Origin: Octopus bimaculoides
Lineage: Eukaryota
Assembly (NCBI RefSeq): GCF_001194135.2
Contig: NC_068983.1
Location: 66,557-130,556, forward strand
Length of the DNA stretch: 64,000 bases
Direction of reading: 5' to 3'
Shown in pieces: positions 12,601-24,529 of the stretch (the stretch's first letter is position 1; each line of letters opens with the position of its first letter). The notes beneath the pieces were generated by a model. It worked only from the letters and a program-made list of their open reading frames with translations, ran no database searches and was not told where the DNA came from. A program made the translations under genes and the position numbers.

Positions 12601-14052
12601 CCACTAGGCAGGCTTAAAGAACGAAGCATATCAAATCTTTTTGTCTCCTCGCTTCCTATCATTCAATAATTCTCATTTCAATACCTGTAAGATTCTTTTT
12701 TATCTCGATGAAATAACTACGGAAGGCATGCTTTCAGAAAGATGCATGTTTTGGCTTTTCCCTCGTTCAATGTTTGAATGGATTTGACTTCTTTGGTCCG
12801 TAAAAATTCTGACCAAAACACATCAACAATCCCATAATTCTTAATTAGTCAGCTCAAATGTTGCCGTGACTTTGGAATATCTATTTCGCTGTGTCGTAAG
12901 TTTTGAAATTATTATCATTAACCATCCCCTCTGTATTGAACAAAAAAATCCTGAAATCAGAAATATAATATAATTAATTAATCTTTCATTTGTTAATCTT
13001 TCGCTGATTTACTAAAATTATCTTTGCGTTTTGTTGAGACTCACATACAATTCCCGATCGTAGTTAAATGAGGTAATCTGTGACAAAGAGAAATTAAGTG
13101 TTCATTGAAATTTTGAAGTTACGATTTTCGCCATTTTTTTTTTCAGAATCTGAATCTCCATATCCGAAAATTTGGGTTTCCGTNNNNNNNNNNNNNNNNN
13201 NNNNNNNNNNNNNNNNNNNNNNNNNNNNNNNNNNNNNNNNNNNNNNNNNNNNNNNNNNNNNNNNNNNNNNNNNNNNNNNNNNNNNNNNNNNNNNNNNNNN
13301 NNNNNNNNNNNNNNNNNNNNNNNNNNNNNNNNNNNNNNNNNNNNNNNNNNNNNNNNNNNNNNNNNNNNNNNNNNNNNNNNNNNNNNNNNNNNNNNNNNNN
13401 NNNNNNNNNNNNNNNNNNNNNNNNNNNNNNNNNNNNNNNNNNNNNNNNNNNNNNNNNNNNNNNNNNNNNNNNNNNNNNNNNNNNNNNNNNNNNNNNNNNN
13501 NNNNNNNNNNNNNNNNNNNNNNNNNNNNNNNNNNNNNNNNNNNNNNNNNNNNNNNNNNNNNNNNNNNNNNNNNNNNNNNNNNNNNNNNNNNNNNNNNNNN
13601 NNNNNNNNNNNNNNNNNNNNNNNNNNNNNNNNNNNNNNNNNNNNNNNNNNNNNNNNNNNNNNNNNNNNNNNNNNNNNNNNNNNNNNNNNNNNNNNNNNNN
13701 NNNNNNNNNNNNNNNNNNNNNNNNNNNNNNNNNNNNNNNNNNNNNNNNNNNNNNNNNNNNNNNNNNNNNNNNNNNNNNNNNNNNNNNNNNNNNNNNNNNN
13801 NNNNNNNNNNNNNNNNNNNNNNNNNNNNNNNNNNNNNNNNNNNNNNNNNNNNNNNNNNNNNNNNNNNNNNNNNNNNNNNNNNNNNNNNNNNNNNNNNNNN
13901 NNNNNNNNNNNNNNNNNNNNNNNNNNNNNNNNNNNNNNNNNNNNNNNNNNNNNNNNNNNNNNNNNNNNNNNNNNNNNNNNNNNNNNNNNNNNNNNNNNNN
14001 NNNNNNNNNNNNNNNNNNNNNNNNNNNNNNNNNNNNNNNNNNNNNNNNNNNN

Positions 14053-14790
14053 CTAACCGACCAACCGTAGCCACTAATAAGGTCACGTGAGAGAGTGTTT
14101 TTCTAATGCTTTCTGGAGCCCCTATTTTCCTATAAATAGCCTAAATTATCCGCGGCAATTCGTCGCGACTCAGATCCTCACAGATCTGGTCGTTGACCAC
14201 ACACGCGTAACACAGCACCAACCAACCAGCCAGTTCCAGCGACGACATCAACAACATCGTTCAACTACGTACTACCAGCACCGTCGCCAGCGTCAACATG
14301 ACTTTTCCACGTACACAAGCAGCCGCAGCTTCTCTTCTCAACCCTATTTGTGTGAATCGCCTCACTGCGAAATTAACAGCCAGAATTCGACACCTGCGAG
14401 AGAACATCTGTATTCAAGAATCCGGCCCGGCATCGAAGCCCCAACTTCACGACGAGTGACTTAGCTCTGCCTAACACCTCAACCTCTTCTTATATACAGA
14501 CATTAACTACTGTGTACCCTAACTAAGAACTGGTATATTGTTATCCGCGTTACTGACTCTTATCTATACTCTATATCTCTTGCATTCACATACATGTATT
14601 ACTTGCACACACTCTTGTTTACACGACGGCCTGTCTTACAATATGTTTTATTATGTCGCATTCACACTCACATACAGACATACAATTTAATGCTCCAATA
14701 AATCTTACTGTTATACATCTTTATCGGTTGCGTTCCTATCTTGTCCTTCCTGGCAAACTTCTTAGAACTCTATGTTATAGTATTATAACA
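14053..14790 (+). mobile_element. probable LTR (5' end lost in gap), solo or 3' LTR
   Basis: CpG-rich. TATAAATA at 14131-14138, AATAAA at 14697-14702, ends ...tattataACA at 14790. No PBS follows and no convincing ORF. Confidence 0.45.
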
Positions 14791-15328
14791 TAATATATCA
14801 TTATATTTTTTGTGTCGACCGTGCGACGCGTTTAAAAAGGAGTCTGTTTTCCATTCGTCACCATTTCTCCTTTGGTTCGCACGGTCGTTCTTACATATAT
14901 ATATAATTGTTAAAGAGGACAACAAACATCAAGACAAGGCAAACATCTCAAGTCATACGTTTCTGGGATATCCCAGAGTATAGGATATTGCCTTAAAATT
15001 TGTTACCCTCCTTAACATTTACATATCCGCTATATCGAAAATCTGCAATGGCTCCATAACTACCATCTCGACTATAATCTTGGAACCCTCGTAATCCGTT
15101 ACAGCAATTACCTAGCGTACCTAATCGTTTAGATCACCTGTGAACTAAACTAAATATGTTATATATATATTACATACATATAAGAGGGATGACCACTAAG
15201 TGGTCATCCATTATGCTAGAAGAAGACCACCTATGGTCTGACCACTAAGAAAAGATTGTTCTCAAGAAAATTCAGCAAACGCCAGAACATACATACATAC
15301 ATGCATGCATGCATACTTACATATATCC

Positions 15329-15359
<31 letters not shown>

Positions 15360-15399
15360 CAAAAATCTAGAAGCCGTCATAAGGGCTGCAGCTGAGCAA

Positions 15400-16060
15400 A
15401 AATCTTTTTTATGCATGGCTCAAAGGATTGTGCAACAACTAACCTGGCTTCATCGGTTCTAGAGTCGAAGCCATCCCCACCTTACATGCAAGACCGTCGC
15501 AGTCATGCAAACGAGTCTTTGCAAAACCATTGCAACTACTTTTACAGAGCTTCCTCGCAAATGGTAAACTCCTGGACAAACTAAAGGAGGAAATATTATG
15601 CCCCATCCATAAAGGAGGAAGCAGAGCAGATGTTAAAAACTACAGGCCTATCCCTCTGACCTCACACATCAGCAGAGTCATGGAACGAACAGTCGGAAGG
15701 AAATTAATTGCATTCCTTGAAGAGAATGACTTGCTGACTGACACCCAACATGGTTTCCGACCAGGTAGAAGCTGCCTGACACAGCATTACAACTGGGTGC
15801 TAAAGCAGATGCACGACAGCTCAAATGTGGACGTGATATATCTCGACTTTGCAAAAGCTTTTGAGAAAGTCGACCATGATATGATTTTTCCCAAGCTGCG
15901 TATTCTTGGCATAATTGGAGAATAGCTACATTACTTTCTAAAAGATATAAGTCAGGTGGCGGTGGTCAATGGGGCCACCTCCGAGGAAACAAATAATGAG
16001 TGGTGTTGCACAGGGTACTGTCCTGGAGCCACAGCTATTCATAGTGGTCCTCACAGATGA
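15400..16060 (+). mobile_element. CR1/L2-group LINE reverse transcriptase fragment
   Basis: PIHKGGSRADVKNYRPIPLTSHISRVMER...QHGFRPGRSCLTQ...DVIYLDFAKAFEKVDH, followed by SGVAQGTVL. Confidence 0.85.
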
Positions 16061-16509
16061 GGGCAGCAATGTCAAACTCCCTCATGCACCAAATGTCACA
16101 CATCAGAGGAGGTTTAGTGAAAGTGTAGCAAAGTAAATGCCGGTGCACCAGCATGGCCGCCCGCGAGTCCCCTTGACGTACCTAAAGAAGCTTTTAGGGT
16201 CTGATTTTTATATTTCTTATGAGCCAGACTTCTCTGTTTGATCTTTCCTTCTCCTGAGAGTGTTTCAGTTGCTTCACAATCGCCAGCAGCGCTGTTTCCA
16301 GGCGGAGTTTCTTACTGCAGTTGAGTTCTCTGTTGATGCAGTTTGCATTTAAGTATACTTTTTTTCTGAGATACCAGATGAACCCAGATTGCAATAAGGC
16401 ATAAAAAGAAGGTTAGTTTTGTCCAACTCACTACTTCACTAGAACTAATTCTGGGGGAAAGCCCTGAAAATAAGATTGAAATAAACAAGCAATGACATTA
16501 ATAGTGGTA

Positions 16510-16630
16510 CCCCAACATGGCCACGGCTTCTCCCTGAAACCAATAATAAAATAATGCTGACAAACATTAAGGCGATGCTCCAGCATGGCAACAGTCAAAT
16601 GACTGAAACATGTAACAGAATAAAAGAACA
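16510..16630 (+). mobile_element. two SINE 3'-end fragments in tandem
   Basis: ccccaacatggccac and aggcgatgctccagcatggcaacagtcaaatgactgaaacatgtaac match the 3' end of the SINE at 8845-9227. Confidence 0.55.
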
Positions 16631-16893
16631 GGCATCAATGTACGTCGACAGCGTTTTTCTTGTGAAATAAAGAATGTAAACATTCACACAAATACACATA
16701 CATAGATGTAACGGTTAGTTGTCACATACATATACTAACACACAACAGTTTCCAGTTGTCAGGTACTAAATTCACTCACAAAGTTTCGGTTGGTGAACTA
16801 GAAAACACTTGTCCTGTGTATTACTTCAAACTGCATTTGCTACTGGAACCCTGGGTCAGAAATTCCAGAGTCTTGAGAAGTGTAGAACCACAT

Positions 16894-17148
16894 TGTGGTG
16901 TGATGGAGGAAAAAGACAACAAGAAGCAAAAGGACAGAATGAAACGTTGGACTTTACCTTGTCGTCCGCAGCGGAGTACACGATCGCTCCTGATCAGAAC
17001 ACGTCTTTCTCGTAACCTCTCTGTTTTCTGACTGACGCACGTGCTAGCCTTCGACCGCGTGTGGCCGACTTCCGGTCTGGTTTCACATCTGTTTGCCTCA
17101 TCCCTCTCCACCAACAACACACAGCTCATCACAGCCCATATCACCACA
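16894..17148 (-). repeat. 3' LTR
   Basis: Direct repeat of 21300-21568 with 12 substitutions and a 14-bp indel by manual comparison. Confidence 0.92.
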
Positions 17149-17211
17149 CGCTCCCCTGATCTATAGATCATTCAACTGGCTCTCCCACTCACTCCTCGCT
17201 CCCGAACTACC

Positions 17212-19287
17212 TTAATTGGTTTCATAATCAGCCAGCCAGAGAGGAAGGTGCNNNNNNNNNNNNNNNNNNNNNNNNNNNNNNNNNNNNNNNNNNNNNNNNN
17301 NNNNNNNNNNNNNNNNNNNNNNNNNNNNNNNNNNNNNNNNNNNNNNNNNNNNNNNNNNNNNNNNNNNNNNNNNNNNNNNNNNNNNNNNNNNNNNNNNNNN
17401 NNNNNNNNNNNNNNNNNNNNNNNNNNNNNNNNNNNNNNNNNNNNNNNNNNNNNNNNNNNNNNNNNNNNNNNNNNNNNNNNNNNNNNNNNNNNNNNNNNNN
17501 NNNNNNNNNNNNNNNNNNNNNNNNNNNNNNNNNNNNNNNNNNNNNNNNNNNNNNNNNNNNNNNNNNNNNNNNNNNNNNNNNNNNNNNNNNNNNNNNNNNN
17601 NNNNNNNNNNNNNNNNNNNNNNNNNNNNNNNNNNNNNNNNNNNNNNNNNNNNNNNNNNNNNNNNNNNNNNNNNNNNNNNNNNNNNNNNNNNNNNNNNNNN
17701 NNNNNNNNNNNNNNNNNNNNNNNNNNNNNNNNNNNNNNNNNNNNNNNNNNNNNNNNNNNNNNNNNNNNNNNNNNNNNNNNNNNNNNNNNNNNNNNNNNNN
17801 NNNNNNNNNNNNNNNNNNNNNNNNNNNNNNNNNNNNNNNNNNNNNNNNNNNNNNNNNNNNNNNNNNNNNNNNNNNNNNNNNNNNNNNNNNNNNNNNNNNN
17901 NNNNNNNNNNNNNNNNNNNNNNNNNNNNNNNNNNNNNNNNNNNNNNNNNNNNNNNNNNNNNNNNNNNNNNNNNNNNNNNNNNNNNNNNNNNNNNNNNNNN
18001 NNNNNNNNNNNNNNNNNNNNNNNNNNNNNNNNNNNNNNNNNNNNNNNNNNNNNNNNNNNNNNNNNNNNNNNNNNNNNNNNNNNNNNNNNNNNNNNNNNNN
18101 NNNNNNNNNNNNNNNNNNNNNNNNNNNNNNNNNNNNNNNNNNNNNNNNNNNNNNNNNNNNNNNNNNNNNNNNNNNNNNNNNNNNNNNNNNNNNNNNNNNN
18201 NNNNNNNNNNNNNNNNNNNNNNNNNNNNNNNNNNNNNNNNNNNNNNNNNNTACGCCCGGAGCAGGGTCAATAGACTGGCACTTGTCACAGCTGCTAACCA
18301 CTCTCTGCACGCTCCGCCTCGTTACCTCGGAGTCGATTTTCCTGGCTAGGAACAATGTCCTGTCCACTCCCATGTGATGCATGGTATGCAGTCTCCTCAA
18401 CTCCGAGTCACTCAGACAGCATACTGCAGCCACAGCCTGCTCCGCATCCTCTGGCACCTGCAACCAAGCTCGCTTTACCCTGGTTAGGACGTCTGCCCTG
18501 TTCTTTTCGGAAGGCACAAAAATTACGCTCAGCTCCAGATCGAACTCAGCGGTTAGTTCACGCAATATTCCCAATCTGCGCTTTACCAGCATCTCCGCGG
18601 CCCCTTTGGTTCGCGCCCTCTGCTCATTGGTGATGACTGCCGTCACCCAACCAAGCACAGTGGCCGAATCGGTTCTAATTTCGATGGTGCACAGCCCCCA
18701 CTTCAAGACCAGGTTCACCCCCTTCAGCATGGCATCCAGCTCCGCCACATTGATATGGTTGCAGTCATCCATCTTCCTGAGCCAGGCTGCATCTTCCACC
18801 ACGGTGCCTCCCATTTCTAAGACAACCCCTATTACGATGCTACTGGCGTCACACCAAACGATCCCACTCTTTGATTTGGGAACATACCAACCGACCCTCA
18901 CTGGATCCTCTGCTCTCATTCTGACCAAGACTTCCTGCATCTAGTCGATCATCTTCTCCCCAACTCTGTCGTTCCACTTTGCCCCTTCGGCTCGTCTCTT
19001 GATGAAGCTACATGCTGTCCGGAGCCATCCTGCAATCGAGTAGTGTACCACCAGCTTCCCGCACACCGAGAACAGTTCCCGTCTACTCACGCTGGTGCCC
19101 AGTTCGGGGATCTCGTTCCCACGCCGAAACACCAACGCACCGGCCTTGTCTCTCCGTAGTTTGAGGCCCAGTGCAGCGCCTCCCTCCATGGCCTCTGGTG
19201 GCTTGGCGACCAGTCCGAAATTCTTCAGGTGGCCTATGACCTCCGTTGCTGGCATTATGGTTTCATCTACAAGGATGTCATCAATGN
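17212..19287 (-). pseudogene. pol: RT end, RNase H, integrase (premature TAG at 18941-18943; integrase core in gap)
   Basis: IDDILV (RT); WCDASS...NVAELDAML...RTDSATVLGW...FVPSEKNRADVLTR (RNase H); HTMHHMG...CDKC (HHCC integrase finger); C-terminal PLWLADY* at 17212. Confidence 0.88.
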
Positions 19288-20260
19288 NNNNNNNNNNNNN
19301 NNNNNNNNNNNNNNNNNNNNNNNNNNNNNNNNNNNNNNNNNNNNNNNNNNNNNNNNNNNNNNNNNNNNNNNNNNNNNNNNNNNNNNNNNNNNNNNNNNNN
19401 NNNNNNNNNNNNNNNNNNNNNNNNNNNNNNNNNNNNNNNNNNNNNNNNNNNNNNNNNNNNNNNNNNNNNNNNNNNNNNNNNNNNNNNNNNNNNNNNNNNN
19501 NNNNNNNNNNNNNNNNNNNNNNNNNNNNNNNNNNNNNNNNNNNNNNNNNNNNNNNNNNNNNNNNNNNNNNNNNNNNNNNNNNNNNNNNNNNNNNNNNNNN
19601 NNNNNNNNNNNNNNNNNNNNNNNNNNNNNNNNNNNNNNNNNNNNNNNNNNNNNNNNNNNNNNNNNNNNNNNNNNNNNNNNNNNNNNNNNNNNNNNNNNNN
19701 NNNNNNNNNNNNNNNNNNNNNNNNNNNNNNNNNNNNNNNNNNNNNNNNNNNNNNNNNNNNNNNNNNNNNNNNNNNNNNNNNNNNNNNNNNNNNNNNNNNN
19801 NNNNNNNNNNNNNNNNNNNNNNNNNNNNNNNNNNNNNNNNNNNNNNNNNNNNNNNNNNNNNNNNNNNNNNNNNNNNNNNNNNNNNNNNNNNNNNNNNNNN
19901 NNNNNNNNNNNNNNNNNNNNNNNNNNNNNNNNNNNNNNNNNNNNNNNNNNNNNNNNNNNNNNNNNNNNNNNNNNNNNNNNNNNNNNNNNNNNNNNNNNNN
20001 NNNNNNNNNNNNNNNNNNNNNNNNNNNNNNNNNNNNNNNNNNNNNNNNNNNNNNNNNNNNNNNNNNNNNNNNNNNNNNNNNNNNNNNNNNNNNNNNNNNN
20101 NNNNNNNNNNNNNNNNNNNNNNNNNNNNNNNNNNNNNNNNNNNNNNNNNNNNNNNNNNNNNNNNNNNNNNNNNNNNNNNNNNNNNNNNNNNNNNNNNNNN
20201 NNNNNNNNNNNNNNNNNNNNNNNNNNNNNNNNNNNNNNNNNNNNNNNNNNNNNNNNNNNN

Positions 20261-20429
20261 ACGTCTCTACCACTCCCGGAGTCATCAGGGTCGTTGTACA
20301 GCCTGTGTGCACAAGAGCTCGCGACATCTTCCCCTCCACCAGCACATCAACAACGGGTAGAAAAAAATGCGCCTTTACTGATCCGAAGGGATGACCACTG
20401 GCGCAGTAGTCTCCCTTAGACCGTTTCCC
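20261..20429 (-). pseudogene. aspartic protease N-terminus in the -1 frame relative to gag
   Basis: LPVVDVLVEGKMSRALVHTGCTTTL, where the catalytic D of ALVDTG is replaced by H. Confidence 0.75.
20368..20429 (-). promoter_or_regulatory. -1 programmed ribosomal frameshift signal (slippery heptamer plus pseudoknot)
   Basis: G GGA AAC in the gag frame (20423-20429), a 5-nt spacer, stem AAGGGAGACUAC / GUGGUC-A-UCCCUU, and a loop UGCGCC complementary to downstream GGCGCA (20368-20373). Confidence 0.75.
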
Positions 20430-20741
20430 TGCAGACATTCGCTGGCTATATGTCCCGTTTCTCGACAGCGGTAGCAAATGACCTCAGGCTTGGGTAACTT
20501 GCAGTCTCGCACCATGTGCGGGCCCTGACACCGGAAACACTGTCCTTTGAACGGTCTCACACGTTCCTTGTTCGACTCCTCTCCGCTACTCCTTGGTCGG
20601 TCACCTTTTGCTGTTGCCGTTGCTGCCAACGGCGTCGATCTACAACACGAAACTAACATGCGAGCCCTCGTTATTATATCCGCCATGGGCATGGCGTTCA
20701 CGTCCGGCAGTTTCTGCAATTCGACTGACATGTGGTCAGGA
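20375..20741 (-). CDS. Gag C-terminus with two CCHC zinc knuckles (partial, 5' part in gap)
   Basis: CFRCQGPHMVRDC and CYRCRETGHIASEC; stop at 20375-20377. Confidence 0.88.
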
Positions 20742-21299
20742 ANNNNNNNNNNNNNNNNNNNNNNNNNNNNNNNNNNNNNNNNNNNNNNNNNNNNNNNNNN
20801 NNNNNNNNNNNNNNNNNNNNNNNNNNNNNNNNNNNNNNNNNNNNNNNNNNNNNNNNNNNNNNNNNNNNNNNNNNNNNNNNNNNNNNNNNNNNNNNNNNNN
20901 NNNNNNNNNNNNNNNNNNNNNNNNNNNNNNNNNNNNNNNNNNNNNNNNNNNNNNNNNNNNNNNNNNNNNNNNNNNNNNNNNNNNNNNNNNNNNNNNNNNN
21001 NNNNNNNNNNNNNNNNNNNNNNNNNNNNNNNNNNNNNNNNNNNNNNNNNNNNNNNNNNNNNNNNNNNNNNNNNNNNNNNNNNNNNNNNNNNNNNNNNNNN
21101 NNNNNNNNNNNNNNNNNNNNNNNNNNNNNNNNNNNNNNNNNNNNNNNNNNNNNNNNNNNNNNNNNNNNNNNNNNNNNNNNNNNNNNNNNNNNNNNNNNNN
21201 NNNNNNNNNNNNNNNNNNNNNNNNNNNNNNNNNNNNNNNNNNNNNAGAAATCCGGACTACACTCATAATTTTTTTTTTTTCTTATGGGCCGAAATAGCT

Positions 21300-21568
21300 T
21301 GTGGTGTGATGGAGGAAAAAGACAACAAGAAGCAAAAGGACAGAATGGAACGTTGGACCTTACCTTGTCGACCGCAGCGGAGTACACAATCGCTCTTGAT
21401 CAAAACAAGTCTTTCTCGTAACCTCTCTGTTTTTTGACTGACGCACGTGCTAGCCTTCGACCGCGTGTGGCCGACTTCCGGTCTGACCCTTCCGGTCTGG
21501 CTTCACTTCTGTTTGCCTCATCCCTCTCCACCAACAACACACAGCTCATCACTGCCCATAACACCACA
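21300..21568 (-). repeat. 5' LTR
   Basis: See the 3' LTR; contains a duplicated ttccggtctg. Confidence 0.92.
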
Positions 21569-21601
21569 CACATCTTACCCGCTATTATTCCCCAAAGTAT
21601 A

Positions 21602-21656
21602 ATACATACATACATACATTCATGCATACATGCATGCGTGCGTGCGTACAAACATG

Positions 21657-21702
<46 letters not shown>

Positions 21703-21727
21703 TACATACATACATACATACATACAA
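21602..21727. repeat. (CATA)n/(CA)n compound microsatellite
   Basis: Direct reading. Confidence 0.95.
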
Positions 21728-23039
21728 AAAATACCCTGTTGTTGATGTTGAAATTCCAATGAAGGAGCCTTGGGATCTAGGTTAGAAACCGGCTCTTTCT
21801 CTTTTGGCAAGAAATCTCGAAATAAAATGAACAATGACATATATGTGTGTATACATATATGCATATATGTGTGTATACATATATGTATGTATACATATAT
21901 GCATATATATATACATATATGCGATGGAATACCACAGTTTCAAGGCTCTCTACTTCAGTATAAACAGAATGCTAATATATTCAATGGCTAATGTGTTTGG
22001 TCAAGGAGCCGATAATGATGTGGTTAGAATCCAGTCAACCGATTCGTTATTTTTCTCGCTGGAAATGTTCAAATGATTGCAGAGTTTATTGGGAGTTTTG
22101 ATGGTCGAAACATCGTCTAACGTTGATACAGACAGATAGGGAAGCCTAGACGCGTATATACACACGCTCACACACACGTAAATACACAAACACATGTGAG
22201 ACCAGATGGGAAAAACTGTAGCGCGATATTGATAATTATCAAGACAGCTTTTTTTGTGTGTTTACGTGTGTTACAGCTCTTTCTTCGAGACGTGTTCCAC
22301 TGTGCTGCTGCCATTGCAGGTGGAAACGAGACATTTTGACAGATGGCCGTCGACTCCCATCCCCACCCCCTACACCTTCTCTCTGCTTCAACCTTCTTTG
22401 TTCCGTAAGGCGTTCCTATCTACCACAGTTCATGGTCAGCTTCTCCTCATTCTCCCACTTCCTAAATTATACTTCAGGCAAATACTCACTCACAATTCTC
22501 TCCTCCTCCTCTCACTTGGACAACATTGCTGCTCTTATCTGACGCTATTTAATCTGTCGTCACACTACTTCACAGTCCACTTACTTGTAATGTTTGACCC
22601 TGTTCCTGGTAAACACAGAAAACCCGGCTGCTAAGATTCCGTGCTGTCTAACGTTCACAGATTCAAGTCCAGCCAAACAAATGTGGGGAGGGATGGCAAA
22701 ACTAGATGAAGTTTACAATACCTAATTTGGTGTGTGACTTTCTGAGTTCAAAATATGTCTGTGACTTCGTTGTTCACCCTCACAAATTAATGATTTCAAA
22801 TTTTGGCACTAGGCCAGCAAGTTCGGAGGAAGGGGAACACCGTTTACATTGACCCCAGGCCTCGAAAGGATGAAAAGTAAAGTCGACCTCGACAGAATTA
22901 AAAATCAGAACATAAAGACGGATGAAATGCCATTAAGCATTTTGCCTGGCAAGCCAAACCGATTCTGTCTGCTCACCGCCTTCCCCGGCGCAGATTCATA
23001 GATATAACCTTGAAAGTGGGATGTCGTAAACTTGTCGGT

Positions 23040-24470
23040 ACTCCATGCTAAGCTTTTCACGTAAACAATCCCTTCTCTGGTTTGTGTTTACGTGCCAAGT
23101 ATCCATTCTTAGTGAACTGGTTCGTTTTTTTTCTGTTGTTCTGCTAAATAGATTTCACCAATGCTCCTTGGGGGAAAAGATCTGTGTCGGTTCTTATTTC
23201 ATACCTCTCCTGAAGTTCATTGACTATTCTAATTATGTTGTTGGTTTCATGGTAACAATCGTAGGCAAGGTAGTCACAGTTCTCTTTCCTCTGCTGCAGA
23301 TGTTGTTTCATTATCACAATCCGTGCTTCATAAGACATCAATACAAATTTGAGATCATGGCTTGCGTGGGAAGCATAAGATGACTTAGAGGACTTAGACT
23401 GGTTTCGGCCAGGTTATCAGCCAGGCCACGACTAACTCAATAGCACCACCTGGAAGAGTTCTTGTAGTGATCAGTTCAGAAGGCCAAATGTAGGTGTTAG
23501 GACAGGTACTGCAAAGGTGTGGTGGACAATATGTTTGTTGTAGGGTTGAGAGATCTGATGATCATATTCCCTTTACTCCCATGAGGTATTCATTTCTGGT
23601 CCTCTCCTTAATTATGGGTCCATCATATCTGACATTCTATCTTGTCCGAGATACCTATAATTGTCAGAGGTTGTATTGTCAAACCATTCATTTTAGGATT
23701 TCAGACAAGGGCACAGCTTTTCCATGTTTCACTGTCAAAAATGCACATTTAGACACAACAAATTTTATCCCAATTTTTTAGAAAGCTAGGTCATAAGGTC
23801 CAATTGTCTTTTTTTCTTTTTGTTAATGTGGTTGATATTTGGTCCATAAGCTTAGTATCATGTCATCAACAAAGAAAAGATGGGAGATACTTCCGGATTC
23901 ATTTCTCCAGTCACTATGTTTTGTGAACAGGAATGATGTTTGTATGTATGTATATTTTTTCTTTGAGTTTAAGTTCTTGAAAAAGTTGATTGTTTACAAA
24001 GTAACAAGACCTTTTGGAGTTAAGAGAGTTCCCAGTGTTTGTAAATATATGGTTAAGTTGGTGTGTTGCTTGACCTGTCGATGAATACAAATGTGTCTGC
24101 ATCTATTGACATAAGAATCTCACATGCAGAATTTTTAGAATGACTTAAAAATCTTCACTGCGCCACCAATAGATTGGATTTGGAGGATTTGCGTCAGTTT
24201 CTGTTGCTCTTTTTCCGTGAAACCGAATCTTTCTTGTGCAAATTTCTTAATGCACCTATGATGATAGTAGGTACAACTGAGAATTCATAGTTAGGGTGTA
24301 AGTTCCGCATTAATTCTCCATAAATGTTCTCTTTTTCCTGGACTTTTAATTATTGTTCATTCACATCTGCATAACTTTTGTTCCCTGTCCCACAGAGCAA
24401 TTATAATACACATTTACCTCTGGGTAATAGACGCCATATTTATCACATGACCTTTCAGTATAAATTTTAT
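23040..24470 (-). mobile_element. old R4/NeSL-type (RLE) non-LTR fragments
   Basis: ISHLFFVDDM (RT YxDD equivalent), KCAFLTVKHGK and YRYLG; at ~24200-24350 YGELMRNLHPNYEFSVVP..IGALR (RLE C-terminus). Many stops and frameshifts. Confidence 0.6.
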
Positions 24471-24483
24471 AGTACACCCATAT

Positions 24484-24522
<39 letters not shown>

Positions 24523-24529
24523 TTTTAAA

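Larger units (their letters stand above)
16894..21568 (-). mobile_element. complete LTR retrotransposon (gag-PR-RT-RH-IN order), inactive copy
   Basis: LTRs at 16894-17148 (255 bp) and 21300-21568 (269 bp), both TGTGGTG...CACCACA. 5-bp TSD CACAT (16889-16893, 21569-21573). Polypurine tract aggggagcg next to the 3' LTR. Internal domains are on the minus strand; three internal gaps. Confidence 0.92.

Noticed and set aside
12490-12662. Minus-strand 56-aa ORF (MIGSEETKRFDML...) with a possible donor at ~12545
   Set aside because: The acceptor lacks a polypyrimidine tract, no partner exon was found, and the context looks like a DNA-transposon remnant.
16180-16370. Minus-strand exon-like segment with branch site and AG|gtacgt donor
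   Set aside because: All three frames contain a stop and there are no linked exons; it could be non-coding but is unsupported.
21281-21290. TTATGGGCC resembling the copia half-tRNA(iMet) primer-binding site
   Set aside because: It is on the wrong strand relative to the element's ORFs, and a 9-nt match can arise by chance.
7478-21437. Long 170-570 aa ORFs in the supplied track
   Set aside because: They are mostly X from N gaps; only the flanks belonging to the LTR element are real coding sequence.
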